Shown piece by piece: positions 29,189 to 38,792 of a stretch of DNA of 64,000 nt. The notes under the pieces were generated by a model. It did no database searches, was not told the origin of the DNA, and was given only the letters and a program-made list of their open reading frames with translations. The position numbers and the translations under genes are program-made. Source of the stretch: Lysobacter daejeonensis GH1-9 (GTDB lineage: Bacteria; Pseudomonadota; Gammaproteobacteria; Xanthomonadales; Xanthomonadaceae); NCBI RefSeq assembly GCF_000768355.1, contig NZ_AVPU01000017.1, forward strand, positions 3,080 to 67,079. The letters are read 5' to 3'. Positions within the stretch are counted from its first letter, which is position 1, and every line of letters starts with the position of its first letter.

Positions 29189-29359
29189 GCACGCGGGGAG
29201 TGGCGGGGCCCAGGTGGGCCGTCGCGGGCTGCCCCCCTGTCATCAGTCATGGCAACCAAACGCCCCTTGGGGCGATCCAAGTCATTGATTCCGCAGCGCA
29301 CGCCCCCGCCTTCCAGCTAGGCCATCGGTGGGGTGACTTCCGGCCCATGGCGGAATTGG

Positions 29360-29389
29360 TCTGGTGTTGTACTTTACCAACACACCAGA
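29360..29389. promoter_or_regulatory. inverted repeat (TCTGGTGT-N14-ACACCAGA) upstream of a small ORF; candidate operator
   Basis: Perfect 8-bp arms in an unusually AT-richer non-coding stretch ~30 bp upstream of ATG 29417. Confidence 0.35.
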
Positions 29390-29416
29390 TCACACCCCAG
29401 CCCAAAGGACACCGCC

Positions 29417-29668
29417 ATGAACGCTATCTTCTCCGCCGAAACCCGCGCCGAAAACCGCCGCAACGCCGAACGCCGCCTGGTAGAGCGCCGCATGTCGGCC
29501 GACCGCCGCAACGCCGACAACACCACCGCCAAGCTGGCCACCGTCACCCCGATCCGCCACCTGCACCGCGACCGCGACTTTGGCGTGGGCTACGGCAACA
29601 GCAGCGGTTACGCCTCCCACGGCCGCTACACCTCGTCCTGGAACCAGCCGCACTTCCGCGTTGCCTGA
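29417..29668 (+). CDS. small Arg-rich hypothetical protein (83 aa)
   Basis: AAAGGA RBS 7 nt before the ATG. N-terminal repeats ENRRNAERRLVERRMSADRRNADN; no recognisable family. Confidence 0.4.
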   Translation: MNAIFSAETRAENRRNAERRLVERRMSADRRNADNTTAKLATVTPIRHLHRDRDFGVGYGNSSGYASHGRYTSSWNQPHFRVA

Positions 29669-29711
29669 GCCAGGCTCGCCTGAGGGGAATGGGGTCCGTT
29701 ATCGTGGGGGC

Positions 29712-30158
29712 ATGGACCGCCCCCACGACCACCCGCCCTCACCGTTCCGCCACCCGCCCGACCTCGACACGCTGAACGCGCTCTCGCGCGACACCGCCAT
29801 CGACACCCTGGGCATCGTCTTCACCGATGTCGGCCCCGGCCACATCACCGCCACCATGCCGGTGGACGCCCGCACCCGTCAGCCCTATGGCCTGCTGCAT
29901 GGCGGGTCGTCCGTGTTGCTGGCCGAAACGCTGGGCAGCAGTGCCGGCAACCTGTGCGTGCCCGACGACCGCATCTGCGTCGGCATCGAGATCAACGCCA
30001 ACCACCTGCGCGCCGCCCGCGACGGGGTCGTGACCGGCACCGCGCGCCCGTTGCACGTGGGCCGCAGCACCCAGGTGTGGGACATCCGCATCGAAGACGA
30101 ACAGGGCCGCCCGGTCTGCGTCTCGCGCTTGACCCTGGCCGTGGTGCCGCGCGGCTGA
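29712..30158 (+). CDS. hotdog-fold thioesterase (PaaI family)
   Basis: LHGGSSVLLAETLGS...GRSTQVWDIRI pattern of PaaI/TIGR00369 thioesterases. Confidence 0.75.
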   Translation: MDRPHDHPPSPFRHPPDLDTLNALSRDTAIDTLGIVFTDVGPGHITATMPVDARTRQPYGLLHGGSSVLLAETLGSSAGNLCVPDDRICVGIEINANHLRAARDGVVTGTARPLHVGRSTQVWDIRIEDEQGRPVCVSRLTLAVVPRG

Positions 30159-30238
30159 CCGAGCGACGTTGCATACGCCACGGTGGGGTGTGACCGCGCT
30201 GCTGGTCGCGCCGTCGACGCTTCGGTATCGTTTCCACG

Positions 30239-31042
30239 ATGAATGCGCCGTCTTCCCCCGCCGGCGCGCCGGCGCCGTCCGCGCCGCTGGCGCGCGCGCT
30301 CCGCTACGCCTACCGCGTGCCGCTGCTGCTGTGGCACCTGCTCGTCGACCTGCCGCTGGTCCTGCTGGCGATGCTGCCCGGCATCGGCGCGGTCGAACTG
30401 CGCGGCGAGCGCATCGACCACCTGGCCGTGCGCTGGTGGTCGGCCGGGCTGATGCGGGTGTTCGGCTTCCGCCTGCGTCGCGTGGGCGAGCCGCTGCCGG
30501 GCGGGGTGATGTTCGTGGCCAACCACGTCAGCTGGATCGACATCGTCACCATGCACAGCCAGCGCATGATGGGGTTCGTGGCCAAGCGCGAGATCGAGCG
30601 CTGGCCGGTGGTGGGCTGGCTGGCGTCGCGTGCGGAGACCATCTTCCACCACCGCGGCAACGCCGAGTCGCTGGGCGGCGTGCTGCACGAGATGCTGGCG
30701 CGGCTGCGCAGCGGCCACGCGGTGGGCGTGTTCCCCGAAGGCGGCACGCGCGGCGGCGGCGAGATCGGCCCGTTCCACGCCCGCATTTTCCTGGCGGCAG
30801 TGGAAGCCGGTGCGCCGGTGCAGCCGGTGGCGCTGGTGTACGGCGAGGGCGGCAACGCGCAGCGCACGGTCGCCTTCGCCCCGCGCGAGAGCTTCATGGG
30901 CAATTTCCTGCGCCTGTTGGGCGAGCCCGCGCGCCTGGCGGAGGTGCACTTCCTGGCGCCGATCGCCGCGGGCGAGGCCGAAGGCCGCCGCCGCATCGCC
31001 GAGACGGCGCGGCAGCGCATCGTCGAGGCGATGGCGGGCTGA
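30239..31042 (+). CDS. lysophospholipid (1-acyl-sn-glycerol-3-phosphate) acyltransferase family protein
   Basis: HxxxxD motif NHVSWIDI and FPEGGTR motif. Confidence 0.8.
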   Translation: MNAPSSPAGAPAPSAPLARALRYAYRVPLLLWHLLVDLPLVLLAMLPGIGAVELRGERIDHLAVRWWSAGLMRVFGFRLRRVGEPLPGGVMFVANHVSWIDIVTMHSQRMMGFVAKREIERWPVVGWLASRAETIFHHRGNAESLGGVLHEMLARLRSGHAVGVFPEGGTRGGGEIGPFHARIFLAAVEAGAPVQPVALVYGEGGNAQRTVAFAPRESFMGNFLRLLGEPARLAEVHFLAPIAAGEAEGRRRIAETARQRIVEAMAG

Positions 31043-31045
31043 GCC

Positions 31046-32044
31046 ATGGTCTCGGCCGCCGACTTCCGTCCGGCCTGGTGGGCGCGCAGCGGCCACGTGC
31101 AGTCGCTGCTGGGCTCCAACCGCTGGCGCCAGCTCCTGGGTGAGCGCCGCCTGCTGGCGGTCGGCGCGCACAGCCAGGAGCACCTGATCGATGCCGGCGA
31201 TGGCGTGCGCCTGCTCGGCGTGCACAGCGCGGTGCCGGGGCGTGCGTCGCGCGGCCTGGCCCTGCTGCTGCACGGCTGGGAAGGCAGCGTGGATTCGAGC
31301 TACATGCGCCTGACCGCCGCGCGCCTGCTGGAAGCCGGCTTCGAGGTGTTCCGGCTTAACTTCCGCGACCACGGCGGCACCCACCACCTCAACGAGGGCA
31401 TCTTCCACTCCAACCGCATCGACGAAGTGGTGCGCGCGGCGGCGGAGGTGGCGCGGCGCTTCCCGGCGCGGCCGATGGTTGCCGCGGGCTATTCGCTGGG
31501 CGGCAACTTCACCTTGCGCCTGGCGCTGCGGGCACCGGCGGCCGGAATTCCCCTGCAGTGCGTGGCGGTGGTGTGCCCGGTGCTGGACCCGGCGCGGACC
31601 ATGGACGTGCTGGAGCGGGGCCTGCCGGTGTACCGCTGGTACTTCCAGCGCAAATGGACCGAGTCGCTGGCACGCAAGCGCGCGCTGTTCCCGCACCTGC
31701 ACGACTTCGACGACCGCGTGCTGCACATGGACATGCGCGAGCTCACCCGCTGGCTGGTGCTGCGGCAGACCGACTTCGGCAGCCTGGAACACTATTTCGA
31801 CGGCTACTGCATCGCCGGCGACCGCCTGGCGGGCCTGCAGGTGCCGGCGCGGATCCTGATGGCGGCGGACGACCCGGTGATCCCGGTGGCCGACTTCCAC
31901 CGGCTGCAGCTGCCGCCCAGCGCGCGGCTGGAGATCTCGCCATGGGGCGGGCACTGCGGCTTCGTGGAAGGTGGGCGGCTGGAGGGCTTTGCCGAGCGCT
32001 GGATCAGCGCCCAGCTGGCGGACGCCGGGGCCGCGGCCGGCTGA
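31046..32044 (+). CDS. alpha/beta hydrolase (YheT/ABHD-like)
   Basis: LLHGWEGS, GYSLGGN nucleophile elbow, and a C-terminal His context. Confidence 0.75.
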   Translation: MVSAADFRPAWWARSGHVQSLLGSNRWRQLLGERRLLAVGAHSQEHLIDAGDGVRLLGVHSAVPGRASRGLALLLHGWEGSVDSSYMRLTAARLLEAGFEVFRLNFRDHGGTHHLNEGIFHSNRIDEVVRAAAEVARRFPARPMVAAGYSLGGNFTLRLALRAPAAGIPLQCVAVVCPVLDPARTMDVLERGLPVYRWYFQRKWTESLARKRALFPHLHDFDDRVLHMDMRELTRWLVLRQTDFGSLEHYFDGYCIAGDRLAGLQVPARILMAADDPVIPVADFHRLQLPPSARLEISPWGGHCGFVEGGRLEGFAERWISAQLADAGAAAG

Positions 32045-32101
32045 CCGGCAGGCCCGCCGGCTGCGGCTACAATGCGGGTTTGCCCCGGATCCAGGCTGTC
32101 C

Positions 32102-34174
32102 ATGTACGAAACCATTCTCCAGGCCCTGCGCAGCGGTGACGCCGCCGCCGCCGTGGCCGCCGCGCGCGATGCCGTGGCCGCCAACCCGCAGGACGCCACC
32201 GCCCAGCGTTTGCTGGCGACCGCGTTGCGTACCGCCGGCGAGCGCGATGCCGCCGTGGCCGCGATCGAACACGCCATCGAACTGGCCCCGGACGATGCCG
32301 AACTGCACCTGGTGCATGCCGGCCTGTTGCTGGACGAGCGCCAGATAGACGAGGCCCAAGCCGCGCTGGCGCGCACCATCGGGCTGGATCCCAACCAGTT
32401 CCCGGCGTACGTCGTGCAGGGCCAGCTGGCGATTGCCCGTGGCGACCTCGACGAAGCCGAACGGGTGGCCCGCGTGGCCGCGCGCATCGCACCCGAGCAC
32501 CCGCAGGTGGCGGCGATCCTCGGCACCGTCGCGCTGCGCCGCGGTGATGTCGACGGTGCGCTGGCGACGCTGGCAAGCGCCGCCGAGCGCGCCCCGGACG
32601 ACCAGCAGGTGCGCCATGCCCTCGGTTTTGCCTACATGGCCAAGGGCCACTTCGCCTTCGCCGAGCAGGCGTTCCGCTCGCTGTTGGAGTCGCGCCCGGA
32701 ATCGCGCGCCACGCGCATGCTGGTGGCCAACCTCGCCAGTCGGCAGGGCCGTCAGGCCGATGCCGCCGACCTGCTGACGCCGCTGCTGGAGGGTGATCCG
32801 TCGCCGGCGTTGCTGCGCACCGTCGGCATGCTCGAATACGACGGCGGCCGCGCCGATCGCGCCCGCGAACTGCTGCGCCGCGCCTTCGACGCCGCGCCGG
32901 CCGACCGGGCCAACATCGCCCCGCTGGTGGAGGTGTGGCGCCGCGAGGAACAGCTCGACGAAGCGCGCAGCGTGCTGGACGCCGCGCTGGAGGCGCACCC
33001 GACCGAAACGGCCCTGTGGCACGCCCGCCTGGTGTTCGAGCCGTTCGCTGGCGAAGAGGCGCGCGCGGTGGTCGCGCGCTGGCTGCAGGCCATGCCGGAC
33101 ACCCTGCCGCCGCTGATGGCGCAGTGGGCCATTGAGGACGCCGCGGGCGCCGTCGAGCAGGCGGATGCCATCGCGCGTCGCATCACCGAACTGGAACCGG
33201 GCCATACCGGCGCCGAGCTGCGGGTGGTCGATGCGCTGCTGCGCACCGATCCGGATGCCGCGATCGCGCGCATCGACAACCTCATCGTCCGCGCCGCGGA
33301 CCCGCAGGTGAAGCGCACGCTGCGCCAGCTGCTGGGCCGCGCGTACGACGCCGCCGGCCAGGTCGACGCCGCCGTGGCGACATGGGCGGAGTTGCATGCC
33401 GAAGTGGTGGAGCAGCGCCTGCCGTACCCGCCGGTCAGCCCGGCCCGCAGCGATTGGCCGGAGCTGGCGCCGCTGCCGGAAGGCGCCAAGGGCGTGCTGC
33501 TGGTGTGGGGTGCGCCGGGCAGCCTGGTGGAACGGATCGCCGGGACCTTCGAGTACAGCGGGGCCCCGCTGCGCATGGATCGGCTCGGACCGAACCCGCC
33601 CAACGACTTCCTGCAGCGCTACCCGACCATCGAGCAGCTGTCGGCGAGCGATGCGGAGGCCGACGCCGAGGCGCTGGTGGCGCAGTGGCGCGCGTTGCTG
33701 CCGGCGCGTGGCGTGGAGGACGGCAACGTATTCGACTGGCTGCTGTGGTGGGACAACGCCCTGCTGACTGCGCTGCGCCCACACCTGCCCGAAGCGGTGT
33801 TGATGGTTGCGCTGCGCGACCCCCGCGACATGCTGCTGGACTGGTTGGCGTTCGGCTCGCCGGTGCCGTATCGGTTGGAGTCGCCGGAAGCCGGTGCGCG
33901 CTGGCTGGCGCAGGTGCTGGCACAGGTGGCCTACCTGCACGAGCAGGACCTGTTCCCGCACCGCCTGGTCAAGCTCGACGAGGCGGGCACCGACCCCAAG
34001 GCCCTGGCGCAGTTGCTGGCCGATACGCTGGAGACCCAGGTGATGATCCCGCCGCAGGGTGTGGTCCAGCCCGAGCGTCTGGCTGCCGGGCGCTGGCGCG
34101 CCTACAGCGGCCCGCTGGCCGAGGCCTTTGCCCTGCTGAGCCCGGTGGCCAAGCGCCTGGGGTACGCCGAGTGA
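32102..34174 (+). CDS. tetratricopeptide-repeat protein with a C-terminal sulfotransferase-like domain
   Basis: Multiple TPR-like A/L-rich repeats; C-terminal VLLVWGAPGSLVERIAG...RDPRDMLLDWLAF resembles the sulfotransferase PAPS-binding region. ATG at 32102. Confidence 0.6.
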   Translation: MYETILQALRSGDAAAAVAAARDAVAANPQDATAQRLLATALRTAGERDAAVAAIEHAIELAPDDAELHLVHAGLLLDERQIDEAQAALARTIGLDPNQFPAYVVQGQLAIARGDLDEAERVARVAARIAPEHPQVAAILGTVALRRGDVDGALATLASAAERAPDDQQVRHALGFAYMAKGHFAFAEQAFRSLLESRPESRATRMLVANLASRQGRQADAADLLTPLLEGDPSPALLRTVGMLEYDGGRADRARELLRRAFDAAPADRANIAPLVEVWRREEQLDEARSVLDAALEAHPTETALWHARLVFEPFAGEEARAVVARWLQAMPDTLPPLMAQWAIEDAAGAVEQADAIARRITELEPGHTGAELRVVDALLRTDPDAAIARIDNLIVRAADPQVKRTLRQLLGRAYDAAGQVDAAVATWAELHAEVVEQRLPYPPVSPARSDWPELAPLPEGAKGVLLVWGAPGSLVERIAGTFEYSGAPLRMDRLGPNPPNDFLQRYPTIEQLSASDAEADAEALVAQWRALLPARGVEDGNVFDWLLWWDNALLTALRPHLPEAVLMVALRDPRDMLLDWLAFGSPVPYRLESPEAGARWLAQVLAQVAYLHEQDLFPHRLVKLDEAGTDPKALAQLLADTLETQVMIPPQGVVQPERLAAGRWRAYSGPLAEAFALLSPVAKRLGYAE

Positions 34175-34256
34175 TCCCACGGCGGCGCGCCGCGGGCATG
34201 GCCTTCGGCGCGCCGCCCCGTCGCTGATCCCGCAGTCCACCGATTCGGAGGCGAGC

Positions 34257-34883
34257 ATGCACATCCACAGCACCAGCTTTGAACACCGCCAACGGCTGCC
34301 GGCGGAATTCGCCGCCGGCCAGCCCACCGCCGACGGTTTCGGCTTCGCCCCCAACCGCAACCCGCACCTGGCGTGGGATGACGTCCCCGCCGGCACGCAT
34401 TCGTTCGCGCTGCTGTGCATCGACCCGGACGTGCCGACCGTGGCGGAGATGGTGGGCCGCACCGACGTGCAGATCCCGGCCGAGCAGCCGCGTTGCGACT
34501 TCGTGCACTGGGTGATGGCCGACATCCCGGCCGACGTGCGCGAGATCGTCGCCGGTGCGTGCAGCGACGGCGTGGTGCCGCACGGCAAGGCCGCGCCCGC
34601 CGGCCCGGCAGGCAGCCGCCAGGGCCTCAACGACTACACCGGCTGGTTCGCGAGCGATGCGGCCATGGCCGGCGACTGGCGCGGCTATGACGGTCCATTC
34701 CCACCGCCCAACGACCTGCGCCTGCACCGCTACTTCTTCCGCGTGTTCGCGCTGGACGTGGCCACGCTGCCGTTGCCGGCGCGCTTCACCGCCGCCGACG
34801 TGCAGGCAGCCATGCACGGCCACGTGCTGGCCGAAGCGGCGATCTACGGCACGTATTCGCTCAATCCGGCGGTCAAGGACTGA
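34257..34883 (+). CDS. YbhB/YbcL family Raf-kinase-inhibitor-like (PEBP) protein
   Basis: PEBP pattern FAL.C.DPD.P....HW...DIP; 208 aa. Confidence 0.7.
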   Translation: MHIHSTSFEHRQRLPAEFAAGQPTADGFGFAPNRNPHLAWDDVPAGTHSFALLCIDPDVPTVAEMVGRTDVQIPAEQPRCDFVHWVMADIPADVREIVAGACSDGVVPHGKAAPAGPAGSRQGLNDYTGWFASDAAMAGDWRGYDGPFPPPNDLRLHRYFFRVFALDVATLPLPARFTAADVQAAMHGHVLAEAAIYGTYSLNPAVKD

Positions 34884-34982
34884 GCCGGCACGACGCTCTG
34901 TGCCGCGAGTGCGTTGCGCGGCACAGGCGGTTGCCACGCCTTGCAGGGGCGGCGCATGCGCGCAAGCGGTGCAGGTACGGGC

Positions 34983-35837
34983 TCAGCCGCCTTCGGGGAT
35001 GAAGGCCAGCAGGGCCACGCCGAGCAGTACGCGGTAGACCGCGAACGCGGTGAAGCGGTTTGACTGGATGTAGTGCAGCAGCCACTTCACGGCCACGAAC
35101 GCTGTCACCGCCGAGGCGACGAACGCCACGCCCAGCGCCGTCCAGTTCTCCGCGCCGAAGCCACCATCGCGCATCATCGACAGCAGCTCGTAGCCGGTCG
35201 CCGCGAACATCGTCGGGATGCCAACCACGAATGCGAACTCGGTCGCGGCGGCGCGGCTGGTGGTGCCCGCCAGCAATGCCACGAAGATGGTTGCCGCCGA
35301 GCGCGAGGTGCCGGGGAACACGCCGGCGACGACCTGCGCCACGCCGACCAGGAGGGCGGTGGTCCACGCGATGGCCACGCGCTCGCCCTCGCGTTCGGCA
35401 CGCTTGGCGGCCAGGTGCTCGGCCAGCACCATCCACGCGGCGCCGATGATCAGCGCCCACGCGATCGGGCGCACGGTGTCAGGCAGCTCCCAGCCCAGCT
35501 TCTTCACCAGCAGGCCGCCGATGGCGGTGACGGCGAACGCGGCCAGCAACTTGAACGCGTAGTCGCGCGATTGCGCCGGCGTGGCGGTCACGCCCAGCGG
35601 GTCGTACGGCGCCGGCGCATCGTAGCCGACGAAGGCGACGAGCATGCCCCACAGCCGCTTCCAGTAGATCAGCACCACCGCAAGGATCGCGCCGGCCTGG
35701 ATGGCGATGTTGAACAGGTCGCTGCGGTGGCCCAGCCAGTGCTGGGCGATGAGCAGGTGGCCGGTGCTGGAAATCGGCAGGAATTCGGTGATGCCTTCGA
35801 TGATGCCGAGCAACAGCGCGGCGAGCAGGTCGGTCAT
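34983..35837 (-). CDS. uppP: undecaprenyl-diphosphate phosphatase
   Basis: MTDLLAALLLGIIEGITEFLPISSTGHL... is the canonical UppP/BacA N-terminus. It is the C-terminal in-frame part of a spurious 619-aa ORF; ATG at 35835-35837 (reverse). Confidence 0.85.
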   Translation of the reverse strand: MTDLLAALLLGIIEGITEFLPISSTGHLLIAQHWLGHRSDLFNIAIQAGAILAVVLIYWKRLWGMLVAFVGYDAPAPYDPLGVTATPAQSRDYAFKLLAAFAVTAIGGLLVKKLGWELPDTVRPIAWALIIGAAWMVLAEHLAAKRAEREGERVAIAWTTALLVGVAQVVAGVFPGTSRSAATIFVALLAGTTSRAAATEFAFVVGIPTMFAATGYELLSMMRDGGFGAENWTALGVAFVASAVTAFVAVKWLLHYIQSNRFTAFAVYRVLLGVALLAFIPEGG

Positions 35838-35935
35838 GCGGGTGGGGGCGAAAAACGGAGGCGCCAGCATAGCCGATGCGTCGTGGCCGACCGCCGATGG
35901 CGGCATGCCGCGCAGGCGGGACTGCGCAGGCTGGA

Positions 35936-36838
35936 TCAGTCGAGCAGCGCGAGAAACGCCTCCAGCGCCGGCGGCCGGGGGCGTTGCGCCAACTCCAGCC
36001 GGAACAGCGGTCGCACCAGCGCGCGTTTGCCCGGCGCACTCAGCGCACGCAGGCGGCCCGCGGCCAGGGGATCGGCGACCACCACGGCCGGCAGGATGGC
36101 CAGTCCCGCACCCTCGGCCACTGCACGGGCGATGGCATCGTTGCTGCCGATCTCCAGCGTGCGCCGCGGGATGATTCCTTCGGCCTCCAGCCATGCTTGG
36201 GCCACCTGGCGGGTGCCCGAGCCGGGCTCGCGCAGCAGCCAGGTGCGCGCGGACAGGGTGCTGGCTGCCGGTCGCCTTCGCTCGGCGAGCGGGTCGCCGG
36301 CGGCGGTGACCAGTTGCAGCGGCTCGTCGCGCCAGCGTGCGATGCGCAGGCGCGCGTCGTCGACCGCGCCCTCGACGAATCCCACGTCCAGCCCGCCCGC
36401 GGCCACCGCTTCGGCCACGCCGGCGGTGTTGTCGACCTGCAGCGACAGTTCGATCCCCGGGTGGGCGGCGCTGAAGCGCGCCAGCGCGGGCGGCAGCCAG
36501 TAGCCGGCGACGGTGGTGCTGGCGCCGATCCGCAAGCGGCCGCGGTGCAGGCCCACGCGGTCGCGCACGTCCTCCAGCGCCGCCCTCTCCATCGCGAACA
36601 ACGCGCGCGCATGCCGGTACAGCGCCTCGCCGGCGTCGGTCAGGCGCACGCCGCGGCGTGCACCGTCGGTGCTGCCGCGGTCGAGCAACGCCAGATCCAG
36701 TTGCCGCTCCAGTTCGCGCACGCCCTTGGAGACCGCCGACTGGGTGACGAACAGCGCGTCCGCCGCGCGCGAGAAGCCGCAGTGCTCCACCACGGCGGCG
36801 AACAGGCGCAGCAGGTGCAGGTTCAGGTGCGTGGCCAT
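35936..36838 (-). CDS. LysR family transcriptional regulator
   Basis: N-terminal HTH LHLLRLFAAVVEHCGFSRAADALFVTQSAVSKGVRELE plus a LysR substrate-binding domain. Divergent from a YeiH-like gene. Confidence 0.85.
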   Translation of the reverse strand: MATHLNLHLLRLFAAVVEHCGFSRAADALFVTQSAVSKGVRELERQLDLALLDRGSTDGARRGVRLTDAGEALYRHARALFAMERAALEDVRDRVGLHRGRLRIGASTTVAGYWLPPALARFSAAHPGIELSLQVDNTAGVAEAVAAGGLDVGFVEGAVDDARLRIARWRDEPLQLVTAAGDPLAERRRPAASTLSARTWLLREPGSGTRQVAQAWLEAEGIIPRRTLEIGSNDAIARAVAEGAGLAILPAVVVADPLAAGRLRALSAPGKRALVRPLFRLELAQRPRPPALEAFLALLD

Positions 36839-36934
36839 GCATGAGTCAAATTCATATTCGTTGGAAGTATATGCATTGGATTCATAAGCGGTGCTGGCCT
36901 AGCCTGCGCGCCAGTTCCGTCGTCCCGTGCCGCC

Positions 36935-38047
36935 ATGTCCCCTGTTGTGCCGCCGCTGAACCCGCTTGCCGAAACCGCCGCGACGGCGGCGCCCCCGCCC
37001 GCCATGCCGGCATCCGGCGCGCAGGTGGTCTTGCCGCCCTGGCGTCGTGCCGGTTTCGCGCCCGGCCTGCTGCTGGCGGCGGCGGTGGCGGCGCTGGCGA
37101 TGACGCTGTCGCGCGTGCCCCTGCTGCAAGGCGCGGGCCTCAGCGCGCTGACCCTGGCCATCGTGTTGGGCATCGGCCTGGGCAACACGCTGTTTCCGCG
37201 CGTGGCGCCTTACACCGCCAGTGGCGTCGACTTCGCGCGCAGCACGTTGTTGCGGCTGGGCATCGTGTTGTACGGGTTCCGCGTCACCTTCCAGGACATC
37301 GCCGCGGTCGGTTGGCCGGGCATCGCGATGGCGGTGGTGGTGGTCGCGGTGGTGTTCACGCTGGGCACGTGGCTCGGCACGCGCGTGTTCCGCCTGGACC
37401 GCGAGACCTCGATGCTGATCGGCGCCGGCAGCGCCATCTGCGGCGCCGCCGCGGTGCTGGCCACCGAACCGGTGGTGCGCGCGCAGGCGCACAAGGTGTC
37501 GGTGGCGGTGGCGACGGTGGTGGTGTTCGGCACCGTGGCGATGTTCGCCTACCCGTGGCTGTACCCGGTGCTGGGCCTGGATGCGCACCATTACGGCCTG
37601 TATGTCGGCGGCACCGTGCACGAAGTGGCGCAGGTGGTGGTCGCCGGCCGCGCGGTGGGTGAGCAGGCCGCCGCGGTGGCGGTGATCGAGAAAATGCTGC
37701 GGGTGATGCTGCTGGCGCCGTTCCTGATGCTGCTGTCGCTGCGCCTGCAGCGCGGCGATGCGGCGGGTGGCGGGCGCCTGCGGTTCGCGCCGCCGTGGTT
37801 CGCGGTGGCCTTCATCGCGATGGCCGCGCTGAATTCGCTGCAGTGGCTGCCGCCGGCGCTGGTCGCGGCCCTGGTCCAACTGGACACCGCGCTGCTGGCG
37901 ATGGCGATGGCAGCGCTGGGGCTGCGCACCCACCTGGGCGCGGTGCGCCAGGCCGGGCCACGGCCGCTGCTGCTGGCCGCCGTGTTGTTCGCGGTGCTGC
38001 TGCTGGGCGGGCGGGCGCTGGTGCAGGTGCTGGCCTGGGCCAGCTGA
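36935..38047 (+). CDS. YeiH/UPF0324 family putative sulfate exporter membrane protein
   Basis: 370 aa polytopic membrane protein of the YeiH family. Divergently paired with a LysR regulator, as yeiE-yeiH is in E. coli. Confidence 0.7.
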   Translation: MSPVVPPLNPLAETAATAAPPPAMPASGAQVVLPPWRRAGFAPGLLLAAAVAALAMTLSRVPLLQGAGLSALTLAIVLGIGLGNTLFPRVAPYTASGVDFARSTLLRLGIVLYGFRVTFQDIAAVGWPGIAMAVVVVAVVFTLGTWLGTRVFRLDRETSMLIGAGSAICGAAAVLATEPVVRAQAHKVSVAVATVVVFGTVAMFAYPWLYPVLGLDAHHYGLYVGGTVHEVAQVVVAGRAVGEQAAAVAVIEKMLRVMLLAPFLMLLSLRLQRGDAAGGGRLRFAPPWFAVAFIAMAALNSLQWLPPALVAALVQLDTALLAMAMAALGLRTHLGAVRQAGPRPLLLAAVLFAVLLLGGRALVQVLAWAS

Positions 38048-38108
38048 GGCGGCGCGTGGCCGGCGACCCGCAGGTGAGCGGGCCGCCCGCCTTGCCGTAA
38101 GCCGGTGC

Positions 38109-38291
38109 TTAGCGGCACGCCCCCCGGTAGTCGCCGTGGCCCAGGTGGGCGTCGATCGCCTCGCGCGGCAGTTCCATGGTTTTCTTGCCCTTGTGGCAGA
38201 CCAGCCCGTGGCTCGGGCCGCCCAGTTCCACCGGCAGCAACACGCAGCCGGACAACGGCACGACCAGCAGGAAGGCGATGAGGCGTTTCAT
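38109..38291 (-). CDS. small lipoprotein, function unknown (60 aa)
   Basis: Lipobox LVVPLSGC. Weak RBS. Confidence 0.35.
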   Translation of the reverse strand: MKRLIAFLLVVPLSGCVLLPVELGGPSHGLVCHKGKKTMELPREAIDAHLGHGDYRGACR

Positions 38292-38608
38292 TCGAAGTGT
38301 CTCGGATTGAGGATGCGCACAAGGGTAGTGGCGACCTCCACGGCGCGGCCGTGACGCGGGTCGTGGCTCGGCGCGGCCGCGTGCGATGGCGGTCGCGGAT
38401 TGGCTGTCGGGGCAGGTTGTGCACAGGGGGCGGGTCGTCCACCGGAATCCCGATGTGCCAAGGGGCCTCGGTTGGTGCGGCCGGCAGGCGTGTCGGGCGT
38501 CTGGGGCACGGCCGAGGTGCCGCGCTTTGCCCGATGCGCGGTCGCATGCGGGTCATCGCCCGATCCTAGACTCTTCCCCTGGCCGCTCCCCGGAAGGCAC
38601 CGGAGCTG

Positions 38609-38655
38609 TGCACCAAAACGGTGCGGGCGTGCGCCATTTGCACCTTGTTGGTGAG
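38609..38655 (+). promoter_or_regulatory. tandem NtrC enhancer-like sites upstream of glnA
   Basis: TGCACCAAAACGGTGCG and TGCACCTTGTTGGTGA match the NtrC consensus TGCACC-N5-GGTGCA. Confidence 0.55.
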
Positions 38656-38716
38656 GCGGCTGTGCATCAGCCCGGTTTTGCCAAATAAAATCAATGGTTT
38701 GCGCAATGTAAAACGT

Positions 38717-38732
38717 TGGCACGCTACTTGCT
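38717..38732 (+). promoter_or_regulatory. sigma-54 (-24/-12) promoter of glnA
   Basis: TGGCAC-GCTAC-TTGCT, with the GG and GC elements spaced 12 nt apart, ~60 nt upstream of the glnA start. Confidence 0.6.
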
Positions 38733-38792
38733 TCATACCAAGTACGCCGCCCCATGCGGCCCTGACATCCGATCCCCAGCCGAGGCCACCCC

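Noticed and set aside
29885-34630. 1581-aa reverse-strand ORF
   Set aside because: It is antisense to five well-supported forward genes (thioesterase, acyltransferase, hydrolase, TPR protein, PEBP). The translation is Arg/Ala/Gly-rich low complexity, typical of GC-rich antisense frames.
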